DNA from: Acaryochloris marina MBIC11017
Lineage (GTDB): Bacteria > Cyanobacteriota > Cyanobacteriia > Thermosynechococcales > Thermosynechococcaceae
Direction of reading: 5' to 3'
DNA length: 32,000 nt
NCBI RefSeq assembly: GCF_000018105.1
Contig: NC_009925.1
Span: 3,870,001 to 3,902,000 of the forward strand
Shown here: piece by piece, positions 1 through 8,176 of the stretch
Layout: every line of letters starts with the position of its first letter
Position numbering within the stretch: the first letter of the stretch is position 1
The notes under the pieces: model-generated
Database searches by the model: none
What the model was told of the DNA's origin: nothing
What the model saw: only the letters and a program-made list of their open reading frames with translations
Translations under genes and position numbers: made by a program

Positions 1-179
1 GAGCCACAAAGCCCTTTTTGGCGGAGGATATGTTTTATCTAGATGGGTGGGGACAACAGCGGGTCTATGTGATGCCGTCTCAGGAGTTGGTGGTGGTTCG
101 AGTCGGAGAAAAACCCAAAACTTGGGATGATGCGGTGATTCCCAATACTCTCATTCGTGGCTTGCAGTCTGCAAAGTAG
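1..179 (+). CDS. serine hydrolase (beta-lactamase fold), C-terminal fragment; 5' end outside window
   Basis: The frame starting at nt 3 is open to TAG 177-179. It reads ...EDMFYLDGWGQQRVYVMPSQELVVVRVGEKPKTWDDAVIPNTLIRGLQSAK*. The GxxGQ..V.P...LVVVR.G tail is typical of the C-terminus of PF00144-type serine hydrolases. It is absent from the ORF track because it is truncated. Confidence 0.45.
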   Translation, partial: ATKPFLAEDMFYLDGWGQQRVYVMPSQELVVVRVGEKPKTWDDAVIPNTLIRGLQSAK

Positions 180-204
180 AAGGGGATCTCCAATATGTGG
201 TGGG

Positions 205-795
205 TTAGGTCTTGGACTGTAGAAAGTTGACAATATCTTGATGGTCTAAAGATTCCGCAATTGTCAAAGCGGTATCACCATAATTATCATGAATGTCAAT
301 GGTTGCACCCGCTTGTACTAAACGTTTACAGAGCATCAAATTGCCTTTGGATGCAGCCGTCATTAATGGGGTATACCCTAAGGCACATGTCCGGTTGAGA
401 TCAGCATGTGCTTGAATGAGTGCTTCAACGATATCTGGAGTGTCTTTGGCAATGGCCAGGTGAAGAGGGGCGGAAGTAACATCGCCACGGTTTGGATTAG
501 CACCTTCATTGAGCAACAGCTTAACGATGTCTAGATTCCCGACATCCGTCGCAATCCACAAGGGCATGGTTATCTCATATTGACTTTGATGGACATCTGC
601 CCCTGCCAATAAGAGCGTTTCGACGATTTCAACTCGTTGCAAGTTAATCGCTTGAATTAATGGCGTGAGTCTCTCTGCTGCCCTGTAGTGGATGTTCACA
701 TCAGCGCCCTGTTTAATAAGCTGTTGTAAGGCCAATACATCATTAGCTAAAGTCACTCGGCATATTTGTTGCTCAAGCGAGTCGATTGTTCGCAT
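205..795 (-). CDS. ankyrin repeat protein (about 5 repeats)
   Basis: 196-aa ORF with repeated ANK consensus: TPLIQAINLQRVEIVETLLLAGADV, APLHLAIAKDTPDIVEALIQAHADLN, YTPLMTAASKGNLMLCKRLVQAGATID, GDTALTIAESLDHQDIVNFL. Confidence 0.85.
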   Translation of the reverse strand: MRTIDSLEQQICRVTLANDVLALQQLIKQGADVNIHYRAAERLTPLIQAINLQRVEIVETLLLAGADVHQSQYEITMPLWIATDVGNLDIVKLLLNEGANPNRGDVTSAPLHLAIAKDTPDIVEALIQAHADLNRTCALGYTPLMTAASKGNLMLCKRLVQAGATIDIHDNYGDTALTIAESLDHQDIVNFLQSKT

Positions 796-924
796 AACGT
801 TGCAAGATAGCTGTATTGCTGTGGTGGAACCTTAGCATGAGTAAAGCGTGATTTCAGAAAATAATAAATGTCTGGAGTTTCACTACCCTAGTTCAGTCAG
901 ATAGAAACGAGTGGGAGCATCAGG

Positions 925-1437
925 ATGGCAAAGCAGTTTATTCCCATTAATATTGCGGTGATGACGGTGTCTGATACGCGTACGGAAGACACGGATACCT
1001 CCGGGAAACTGTTGTGCGATCGCATCCAGGAAACCGGACATACTCTAGCTGAAAAAGTCATCGTTCCTGACGACATCTACCAAATTCGTGCGGTTGTTTC
1101 TCGCTGGATCGCCGATGAATCCGTACAGGCCATTATCACTACCGGAGGCACGGGGGTAACGGGACGGGACGGCACGCCAGAAGCGATCAAACCCTTGCTG
1201 GATAAGGAAATCCAGGGGTTTGGCGAAATCTTCCGCATGATCTCCTACGAAGACATTAAGACTTCAACAATTCAGTCTCGGGCCTTATCGGGAGTCGCCA
1301 ATGGCACCTACCTGTTTTGTCTACCCGGTTCATCTGGTGCTTGTCGTACAGGTTGGGATGCGCTGATTCATGACCAATTGGATGTTCGCCATTCTCCCTG
1401 TAATCTGGCAGAGCTTATGCCTCGATTGCGGGAATAG
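925..1437 (+). CDS. moaB: molybdenum cofactor biosynthesis protein B (MoaB/MogA domain)
   Basis: 170 aa with ITTGGTGVTGRDGTPEA and a MoaB-like N-terminus (IAVMTVSDTRTEDTDTSG). A GGAG lies just upstream of the ATG. Confidence 0.75.
   Translation: MAKQFIPINIAVMTVSDTRTEDTDTSGKLLCDRIQETGHTLAEKVIVPDDIYQIRAVVSRWIADESVQAIITTGGTGVTGRDGTPEAIKPLLDKEIQGFGEIFRMISYEDIKTSTIQSRALSGVANGTYLFCLPGSSGACRTGWDALIHDQLDVRHSPCNLAELMPRLRE
1016..1023. repeat. HIP1 palindrome GCGATCGC
   Basis: Exact octamer read at these coordinates. Confidence 0.95.
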
Positions 1438-1518
1438 GCTGTCGGTGTTTTTTACCTCAATCTAACAGGCTAGCTTGGTACGCTAGGCTTTAGCCCGTCG
1501 CACCTATTTCGACAACCT

Positions 1519-1839
1519 ATGAAAAAACTCCACCTCGCTATTTCGACCGACGATATTGCAGCGACGGTTCAGGACTATAGCCACCGTCTATTGGCCCAAC
1601 CCTGCGTCGTAGTTGATGGAGAATATGCCCTCTGGCGCACTGAAACGCTCAATATTTCCGTGTGCAAAGATGTATCCATTCAAAAAGGCACAGTCAGACA
1701 TTTAGGTTGGGAAGAGTCAACTGCCACAGAATTTACAGCAGAAGTTGATACGAACGGTATTACCTGGGAGCACTTTACCGCAGGCCAACAAGCTGAAGAA
1801 ATAAACGAGTTATGGCCCAGCGCCAATTATCACCCTTAG
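1519..1839 (+). CDS. hypothetical protein (possibly a small VOC/glyoxalase-fold protein)
   Basis: 106-aa ORF. The N-terminus KLHLAISTDDIAATVQDYSHRL resembles the first beta-alpha unit of VOC proteins. I recognise no firm family. Confidence 0.45.
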   Translation: MKKLHLAISTDDIAATVQDYSHRLLAQPCVVVDGEYALWRTETLNISVCKDVSIQKGTVRHLGWEESTATEFTAEVDTNGITWEHFTAGQQAEEINELWPSANYHP

Positions 1840-2546
1840 ACCGTCGGTTTCCTGGCCACTAATACTCCCATTAAACCTCCTGCAATTGGGTAGTGGGTCA
1901 CCTCAGTTAATCCAGCTTCCTTTGCCAGTCTTTCCTGCTCTGATCCAGGCGGAAACCGCTCTAGACTGGGGGTGATATAGGCATATTCATCCGTGAGGCC
2001 ATAGCGTTGAGCCACGGGCACCACCACCGATTGCAAATACCAATTTTGAAACTGCTGGATCCAAGCTTGTTGAGGTTGATGAAAGTCTAGAATCGCCACC
2101 CGGGCACTGGGCTTCAGCACACGATAAATTTCACCCAGACATCGAGGAATATCGGTGACGTTGCGCAGGCCATATCCCATGGTGATGCAGTCAAACTGGT
2201 TGGTGGCAAACGGGAGTTCTAGAGCATCCCCTTCCACCCAGTCCAAGGATAAATGGGGGTATTGAGTCTTGCTGCGTTGCTCGGCAACGGCTAATTGCTC
2301 TGAGGAAAAATCGACTCCGGTCACTTTACCCGGAGAGACTTTTTGAGCTAACAGTCTGGCTAAGTCCCCACTGCCACAGCAAATATCCAACCCCTGATCA
2401 CCCGGTTTGGGATTGGCCCATTTGACCGCCATCATTTTCCAAATTCGGTGCTGGCCCAAGCTCAACCATTGATTCAGGTCATCATAAACAGGGGCAATGC
2501 GGTTAAAAATGTCTTGAATATCAGAGGATAGAGGAGTGGGGCTCAT
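1836..2546 (-). CDS. menG: demethylphylloquinone/demethylmenaquinone methyltransferase (UbiE/MenG family SAM-MTase)
   Basis: IQDIFNRIAPVYDDLNQWLSLGQHRIWK plus the SAM motif GLDICCGSGDL and the YGLRNV motif. I place the start at the ATG at 2546 (MSPTPLSS...). The track ORF extends to 2690, but that extension has no homology-like sequence and overlaps the divergent gene. Confidence 0.85.
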   Translation of the reverse strand: MSPTPLSSDIQDIFNRIAPVYDDLNQWLSLGQHRIWKMMAVKWANPKPGDQGLDICCGSGDLARLLAQKVSPGKVTGVDFSSEQLAVAEQRSKTQYPHLSLDWVEGDALELPFATNQFDCITMGYGLRNVTDIPRCLGEIYRVLKPSARVAILDFHQPQQAWIQQFQNWYLQSVVVPVAQRYGLTDEYAYITPSLERFPPGSEQERLAKEAGLTEVTHYPIAGGLMGVLVARKPTV

Positions 2547-2582
2547 GGGGGGCAACCGTTGACCAATGGAGAACGAAAAACG

Positions 2583-3428
2583 ATGACGATCTGGCAAGTA
2601 GACTTTGATCGCCGTCCTCTTAAGAATACTGAGGACTATCCCCTCTGGGAACTCACCGTTTATGATCCGCAAACCCAAATGGCCTGCCATCGGCTCTGTC
2701 CTGAACCCAACGTTAGTCCTGATTGGCTAATAGCAGAGCTAAAAGAACTCTTTACCTTAATGGGGCCACCTCCCACCCAGTTCCAAGTCTTTAGACCCCG
2801 TAGCCTGACGTTTATGGAAGAAGTGAGGCAGAAGCTAGATATCTCTGTAGAGGCCACCCGACAAACGCTAGGCTTAAAGCGGGTTTTGCAAGTAAGAACC
2901 CAAGCCTATGCTCAACTACCGGAGTATACAGGCCAATCCTATGACCCTTTAGCGATAGAACCGTTGCCTCCCCAGCCCATGCCTGAACATCTCTGGGGCG
3001 ACCAATGGCAGTTTGTAACCTTAGCTGCTTCAGAGTTAGAGTCGGTACTGCTGCAACGGCCTATTCCCCTACGGACAGTGCCGGAGATGCTCTTGCCGAG
3101 TCAGTTGGGTTTAGCCGCAGATACCCGATTACCAGGGGTGTTGATCAATGGGGGACGCCGGTCGATGCAGTTGGCTCAATGGTTGCAGCAGCAGCAACCT
3201 GCTTCCATTCAAGCTATGCGGGCGGAGCTAAGTGGGTTGATTATGGCTGCCGGGTTGAATGAGCGCTATGTGTTGGTCACTTATGATGATGCCGATATTG
3301 TCCCGGCAGCCCAGGGGTTTGAGCAGGGTAAGCAAGGGAGCCAAGGGCTACATTTTTTGTTGGTACAGCCCGATGATTCAGGGGTGACCTATACAGGTTT
3401 GTGGTTATTGTCCTCATTGATGGAGTAG
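2583..3428 (+). CDS. Tab2-family RNA-binding protein (DUF1092) homologue
   Basis: The N-terminus MTIWQVDFDRRPLKNTEDYPLWELTVYDPQ matches the W.LDF.RRPL...WELL.C signature of cyanobacterial Tab2/ATAB2 homologues. I use the first in-frame ATG at 2583 rather than the TTG at 2559. Confidence 0.6.
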   Translation: MTIWQVDFDRRPLKNTEDYPLWELTVYDPQTQMACHRLCPEPNVSPDWLIAELKELFTLMGPPPTQFQVFRPRSLTFMEEVRQKLDISVEATRQTLGLKRVLQVRTQAYAQLPEYTGQSYDPLAIEPLPPQPMPEHLWGDQWQFVTLAASELESVLLQRPIPLRTVPEMLLPSQLGLAADTRLPGVLINGGRRSMQLAQWLQQQQPASIQAMRAELSGLIMAAGLNERYVLVTYDDADIVPAAQGFEQGKQGSQGLHFLLVQPDDSGVTYTGLWLLSSLME

Positions 3429-3511
3429 GCTTTATGGTCTGATATCGGCTGAGCTGTATGAATGGGGTCGGCTATGCTCGGTTTTGTAGGATATAGCAGT
3501 CGCCATTCTAT

Positions 3512-4057
3512 TCAGGACACTAGATGTAGAACATGTTCCATTGCTTCTCTGAGAGATCCAAAATGTTCTAATTGGTGACGGATGCGACTTTTAATCCAAG
3601 ACCAAGACCGCTCAATCTTGTTCAAGTCAGGGGAATAAGGCGGTAAATACCAAACCTCACATCCTGCTTTTTCCACTAATTCCTGTATTTGTCCTCCCTT
3701 GTGAAAAGTGGCATTATCTATCACCAGCTTCTGCCCAGGCTTGAGCACGGGTATCAAGCAACGCTCTAGCCAAAGTTCAAACACAGTCCGATTGCAAGCT
3801 CCTTCGATCGTGAACGGTGCCATCAACTGCTTTGCTCTCAACGCCGCAATCATATTGACTCGGCCGCTTCTACGCCCAGTCTTCAAAGCATAAACCCGCT
3901 CACCTTTGGGGCCATAAGCATAGTCATACTCGTCTCGATGATCCATGCCCGACTCATCCGCATAGACGATATCGTCTGGGTCCACGGTACTCAGACGTTT
4001 GATGAACGCTGCCCGTTTGTGCTTATCTCGTTCTCGGTACCCATATGTTTTTTTTTC
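3512..4057 (-). CDS. IS630 transposase orfB (DDE catalytic part), reached by a frame change at the A9 run
   Basis: DDE triad context: YADESGMD ... LVIDNATFHKG ... LPPYSPDLNKIERSWSWIKSRIR. The frame is +1 relative to orfA (orfA codon starts fall on coordinates = 2 mod 3, orfB on 1 mod 3). Confidence 0.75.
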   Translation of the reverse strand, partial: EKKTYGYRERDKHKRAAFIKRLSTVDPDDIVYADESGMDHRDEYDYAYGPKGERVYALKTGRRSGRVNMIAALRAKQLMAPFTIEGACNRTVFELWLERCLIPVLKPGQKLVIDNATFHKGGQIQELVEKAGCEVWYLPPYSPDLNKIERSWSWIKSRIRHQLEHFGSLREAMEHVLHLVS

Positions 4058-4388
4058 GAGTAAATCCGATTTTCTGGAGGGCTCTTGAGATGGTTCGATC
4101 ACTAATCTCTCCATCCCATAGTTGAGCCATCTGAGCTTGGGTTTTATGACGATGCTTGTGGGCAAACGCTCGAAACTTGTCCCAGTCAGTGATTTTATGG
4201 CTATGGCCAGGATGATGGACTGGCTTGGGATGCAAATCACCCGTTTCCGCCTTGAGGTGTTGCCATTGGTTAATGGTGTTACGACTGATATGGAACAGTT
4301 CACTCGCTTCTGAAGGGCGCATCCCATCTAGCTCAATCGCATCTATCACTTTGCAACGTAGGTCGTAACTATAAATTTTGGGCATCAC
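4023..4388 (-). CDS. IS630 transposase orfA (HTH DNA-binding part)
   Basis: 121 aa: MMPKIYSYDLRCKVIDAIELDGMRPSEASELFHISRNTINQWQHL... This is the typical IS630 N-terminal HTH. The frame ends shortly after the A9 run. Confidence 0.75.
   Translation of the reverse strand: MMPKIYSYDLRCKVIDAIELDGMRPSEASELFHISRNTINQWQHLKAETGDLHPKPVHHPGHSHKITDWDKFRAFAHKHRHKTQAQMAQLWDGEISDRTISRALQKIGFTRKKNIWVPRTR
4048..4056 (-). other. A9 homopolymer (T9 on the plus strand) at the orfA/orfB frame junction
   Basis: The minus strand reads CTC GAA AAA AAA ACA in the orfB frame and CGA AAA AAA AAC in the orfA frame. Loss of one A, or a +1/-2 shift, fuses the two frames. Confidence 0.5.
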
Positions 4389-4552
4389 ACAGGAGAAGGA
4401 ATAAAATACTTCTCTAGTTTAAGTCCTTCTCAATATGGCGACTGCTATAACTACCAGCCGGGCAGGGCTAGCCTTAGTTTCATGACTGGGTTTACTAACC
4501 GGGGCCAAGGTCACAGCCCTGTCTTAACCGCAAGGGGCACTCGTCCTCGCGA

Positions 4553-7500
4553 TTACCCAGATGATAGGAGCTGACGATCAATCGCGCCCAAGGTTTGCAA
4601 CGTAATCCGCTGGGCAGTGGTTAACCCTTTAGCACCAGTAATATCCATGCCTTCATAGAGCCGAGCCGTCAACACCGTCAAACAGTCTCCTGTCTGAATC
4701 TCCCATACCCGCACAGACTGATCCTGCGAACCGCTGACAAGATATTGACCATTAGGGCTAAAGGCCACGGAGCAAACCAACTGAGTATGTCCACATAAGG
4801 TTTTTAGGCATTTCCCCGTTTGCACATCCCAAAGCTTGATGGTGTGATCATGGGAGCCAGAGGCCAAAATAGAGGGCTGACTAGCGTTGCTCGGACTAAA
4901 GGCCACCGCAAAAATCCAACTCTTATGGTCTGTCAAGGTCTGTAGGCATTCCCCCGTATCGACATGCCACAGCTTGACCGTATGGTCCTGGGAGCCGCTG
5001 GCTAGGATTTGACCGTCAGGATGATAGGCGATGCTGTAGATGCGATCGCAATGCCCTTTCAATACCTGGAGACACTCTCCCGTTTGCACATCCCAAAGTC
5101 GCACCGTTTGATCCGTACTGCCGCTGGCTACCGATCGATGATCAGGGCTAAAAGCCACCGACCAAACCTGATCGCTATGTCCTTTTAGCACATGCTGACA
5201 TTGCCCCGTTTCCACAGACCATAGCCGCACATCTGGGTCACCCCCACCACTGGCAAACCATCCTGCTTGCCCCGAGACAGAAGCCAACGCCACGGCAAAT
5301 ACCCAATCAGGATGATCATAAAAGGTTTTCTCACACCGTCCCGTTTGCCAGTTCCAGATGCGCACCGTCTGATCCGTACCGCCACTAATCAGGTAACGAC
5401 CATCATCGCTAAAGGCCAGGGACCGGACCACTGCTCGATGATCACGCAGCTTTAATATTGCGGTTTGCTGTTGCCAGTCCCAAAGATTAATCACCGAATC
5501 GCCACTACCACTGGCAATCAGCTGTCCTTGGGGGTGAAAGACAACGGGTAAGGCCCAATCGGTATGGCCTTGCCAAGTTCTGAGGCACTGGGTCGTTTGC
5601 CAGTTCCACAGCCGTACGGTTTGGTCGAGGGTGACACAGGCTAAGGTTTGTCCATCGGAATGGAAGGCCAAGGAAAAAATCTGGTTGGTATGGCCCTGCA
5701 AGGTGCGCAGACACTGATCTGCTTGGCAATCCCATAGCTTCACGGTTTGATCGGCACTGCCACTGGCCAGAATCGGAGCCTTCGGACTGAACGCCACGGA
5801 ATAGACCCCACTCTGATGTCCTTCATAGGTTTGCAAGCAGAGGGCTGTTTGGAAGTCCCACAGTTTCACCGTGCCATCATCACTGCCACTCGCCAGATAG
5901 TCCCCATCATGGCTAAAGGCAACCGAACGAACCCGTCCATGGTGGCCTTTCCCGGTTTGTAAGCATTTCCCAGTTGTCAGATCCCAAATCTTAATCGTCT
6001 GATCTTCGCTGCTCGTCACCATTACCGCAGGAGGGGGGTGTGCCGATGAAGATTGGGGGGGCATGGCCACCGCTCGAATCCAGCCTTGATGGCCTTCACA
6101 GGTCTGAAGACATTGACCGGAGTGGGTGCGCCAGAGTTTGGCAGTGCCATCCCCACTCCCACTCGCAAGTAGAGTGCCATCATGATTAAAGGCTACAGAA
6201 AAGACCTCATGGGTATGGCCCACCAGAGTCCGTAGGCATCTGCCCGTGGATACTTGCCACAGCTTGACGGTGTGATCGGCGCAAGCACTGGCTAATAAAT
6301 ATCCTTCTCCCTGAATTTCTGAGGGTTGGGGTGAAAAGGAAATGGCTCGGATCCAGTTTTGATGGCCTTGGCAAAGGGTGACTTGTTGCCCTGTTTTAAT
6401 CTGCCATAACCGAATATTGTAATGATTGTCGCAGGTGGCTAACAGCTCACCATCGGGGCTAAAGGTTGCCGCCAGGATATTGCCGAGAATTTCTGTAAAG
6501 ACCGTTCGGCTCAAATCTGTGTTTGCAAAATTGACCTGGGCTAAGTTTTCCCCTTGTAAATTGGCTTGCCACACCGTTAGGGCTGACAAATCATAGCCAC
6601 TTAAATCAATCTCTAGGCGCTGGAGCAAGTGCAAGACATTGCCAGCAATATAGGCCGTGTCTTGGTAGGGCTGTCCATGTAAGGGGGCTAAAATTTGCTG
6701 ACAGCGGGCTTCAATGGTAGTTTTTGTGCCCAGTAAATCCAGCAGTTTATCTGTAATGGGCTTCAGAATCAGGGACTCTTGGGTTTTGCGAATATAGTCT
6801 TGAGCTTGGGCTTTGACCCAGGCATGGGTCCTAAGTAAATGAGGAATCCCATCAACAATCTCTTGGGTGGCGGCTTCAATCAGCTCTCGGGTCACAAATT
6901 CCATCACAACTGGCTGTTGGGTAAATCCAGTTCTGATTTTTTCGATCAGGGAGCGGCGTTGCAAGGAAACCAAGACTGGCATCAAATCATTAAAGGCAAC
7001 ATTCTTGACCAAATCTGCTTTGAGATCGGCAAAGGAGAGGGGTTCGCGATTGATAGCTAGCCAATACATCACCTCTTGCTCACAGGCAGTCAAACGTTGA
7101 AACTGGCGGGCCAATAAATCGCGAATATCGTCAAAGATAAATGGACCTTGCTGGACAAAGGCTAAAAACTGGCCAATATCGCTGTCAAAATAGTCGCGGA
7201 TGGCTGAAGCAACGATTTTAATGGCCAAGGGATTACCCGCATAGCGCTGAATCACAGCCTGCCACTCCTGCTCCTGGGCCACATATTGACCTTTGGTCTG
7301 AAACAGCTCCCGTCCTTCCCCTAGGGGTAATCCCTCTAATCGCAGACACTTAACCGGAAGATTGACACCTTCCTGGGCAATCAGTCCCTGGGGTTGCTCT
7401 CGGGAAGTTAGCAGCAAGCAGCTTTGATGGGCTGTTTCGCCCATCCACCGAAAAAATTCTCCATAGCCTTCATACCCTGCCACATATCGGCCCTGGTAAT

Positions 7501-8176
7501 CCCCCTCCTGCAAAATGGATTCAGCATTATCGAGGACAATCAAACAGCGAGCATTGCGCATATAGGTCATCAAGTGCCGCAGACGCTGCTCATTGTCTGG
7601 AAATTGAACCGTTTCTTGCTGACAACTCAAAAACTGAATCAGTTCAGTCAGGAGCTGGTCCAAGGGTGGGGCATTCCGAAGACTACGCCAGATCACCCAT
7701 TCAAACTCTTGGGTCAGGCTATAGGCCAGGTTGGCAGCTAGGGCCGTTTTACCCATGCCCCCCATGCCCAGCACCATAATCAAGCGACAGTGAGCCTGAA
7801 GCATCCAGTCACTCATCAATTCCAGCTCAGGCAAACGACCATAAAAGTCGTTGATGGCGGGTGCATCTCCCCAATCTTGCCGGGTTAGGCTGGGCAAATT
7901 AGGTTTGATCGGGGTCAAGGTGGCAACGGATCCCTCTTCATCAGCAAGGTTAGGGTCCAGCTCAACCACCTCTTGCCAAGAGACTCCAACTGCTTCGCAA
8001 ATGGCAACAAAAGCTTCGCTGCGGATCGCAGCCCCAGACCAAAAACGATTGAGGGTGGATCGGGACGTATAGGAAGCACGACACCAGGCTGATGAGGTTT
8101 TATTCCATCGTTTAATCCGTCGGGCCCGATCAATGAGCGTTAGTCCCCAATCAGAGGCTTTCAGGGAATCGGCCAT
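4553..8176 (-). CDS. STAND NTPase: N-terminal XRE-like HTH, NB-ARC (AP-ATPase), pentapeptide stretch, 14 WD40 repeats
   Basis: 1207 aa. HTH-like STLNRFWSGAAIRSEAFVAICEAVGVSWQEVVEL. Walker A GMGGMGKTALA (about 7742-7771). Walker B CLIVLDNAE. LLLTSRE. GNPLAIKIV (GxP motif). Pentapeptide-like LSALTVWQANLQGENLAQVNFANTDLSRTVF. Then 14 GH...WD blades. C-terminal tail YEGMDITGAKGLTTAQRITLQTLGA. A GGAGG lies 6 nt upstream of the ATG. Confidence 0.85.
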   Translation of the reverse strand: MADSLKASDWGLTLIDRARRIKRWNKTSSAWCRASYTSRSTLNRFWSGAAIRSEAFVAICEAVGVSWQEVVELDPNLADEEGSVATLTPIKPNLPSLTRQDWGDAPAINDFYGRLPELELMSDWMLQAHCRLIMVLGMGGMGKTALAANLAYSLTQEFEWVIWRSLRNAPPLDQLLTELIQFLSCQQETVQFPDNEQRLRHLMTYMRNARCLIVLDNAESILQEGDYQGRYVAGYEGYGEFFRWMGETAHQSCLLLTSREQPQGLIAQEGVNLPVKCLRLEGLPLGEGRELFQTKGQYVAQEQEWQAVIQRYAGNPLAIKIVASAIRDYFDSDIGQFLAFVQQGPFIFDDIRDLLARQFQRLTACEQEVMYWLAINREPLSFADLKADLVKNVAFNDLMPVLVSLQRRSLIEKIRTGFTQQPVVMEFVTRELIEAATQEIVDGIPHLLRTHAWVKAQAQDYIRKTQESLILKPITDKLLDLLGTKTTIEARCQQILAPLHGQPYQDTAYIAGNVLHLLQRLEIDLSGYDLSALTVWQANLQGENLAQVNFANTDLSRTVFTEILGNILAATFSPDGELLATCDNHYNIRLWQIKTGQQVTLCQGHQNWIRAISFSPQPSEIQGEGYLLASACADHTVKLWQVSTGRCLRTLVGHTHEVFSVAFNHDGTLLASGSGDGTAKLWRTHSGQCLQTCEGHQGWIRAVAMPPQSSSAHPPPAVMVTSSEDQTIKIWDLTTGKCLQTGKGHHGRVRSVAFSHDGDYLASGSDDGTVKLWDFQTALCLQTYEGHQSGVYSVAFSPKAPILASGSADQTVKLWDCQADQCLRTLQGHTNQIFSLAFHSDGQTLACVTLDQTVRLWNWQTTQCLRTWQGHTDWALPVVFHPQGQLIASGSGDSVINLWDWQQQTAILKLRDHRAVVRSLAFSDDGRYLISGGTDQTVRIWNWQTGRCEKTFYDHPDWVFAVALASVSGQAGWFASGGGDPDVRLWSVETGQCQHVLKGHSDQVWSVAFSPDHRSVASGSTDQTVRLWDVQTGECLQVLKGHCDRIYSIAYHPDGQILASGSQDHTVKLWHVDTGECLQTLTDHKSWIFAVAFSPSNASQPSILASGSHDHTIKLWDVQTGKCLKTLCGHTQLVCSVAFSPNGQYLVSGSQDQSVRVWEIQTGDCLTVLTARLYEGMDITGAKGLTTAQRITLQTLGAIDRQLLSSG
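4679..6490 (-). repeat. coding tandem repeat: 14 WD40 units (about 126-150 nt each)
   Basis: I counted 14 successive units of the form xGHxxxVxSVAFSPDGxxLASGSxDxTVKLWDxxTGxCL in the translation, from ILGNILAATFSPDG to SVRVWEIQTGDCL. Confidence 0.8.
5042..5049. repeat. HIP1 palindrome GCGATCGC
   Basis: Exact octamer read at these coordinates. Confidence 0.95.

Larger units (their letters stand above)
3492..4449 (-). mobile_element. IS630-family insertion sequence (about 0.95 kb) with terminal inverted repeats and a TA flank
   Basis: TATAGCAGTCGCCAT at 3492-3506 is exactly reverse-complemented at 4435-4449, and the match continues imperfectly to ..AGGAC. The outermost TA on each side fits the TA target duplication of IS630/Tc1-mariner elements. 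Internally there is an HTH orfA plus a DDE orfB. Confidence 0.8.

Noticed and set aside
796-924. Possible Moco riboswitch upstream of moaB
   Set aside because: I could not find the conserved Moco-motif helices or loops by eye in this 129-nt spacer. Only a covariance-model scan (Rfam Moco RNA motif) could settle it.
1836-2690. Extended 284-aa version of menG, and the TTG start at 2559 for the Tab2 gene
   Set aside because: The extension (MAGHLGLRIINGEF...) overlaps the divergent gene and is not methyltransferase-like. The internal ATG at 2546 gives the normal UbiE/MenG N-terminus. For Tab2, the first ATG at 2583 gives the family-typical MTIWQVDF start.
4679-6490. Regular periodicity of about 126-150 bp that could be mistaken for a CRISPR or other non-coding array
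   Set aside because: It lies wholly inside one long ORF, and every unit translates to a WD40 blade. There is no short perfect direct repeat with unique spacers.
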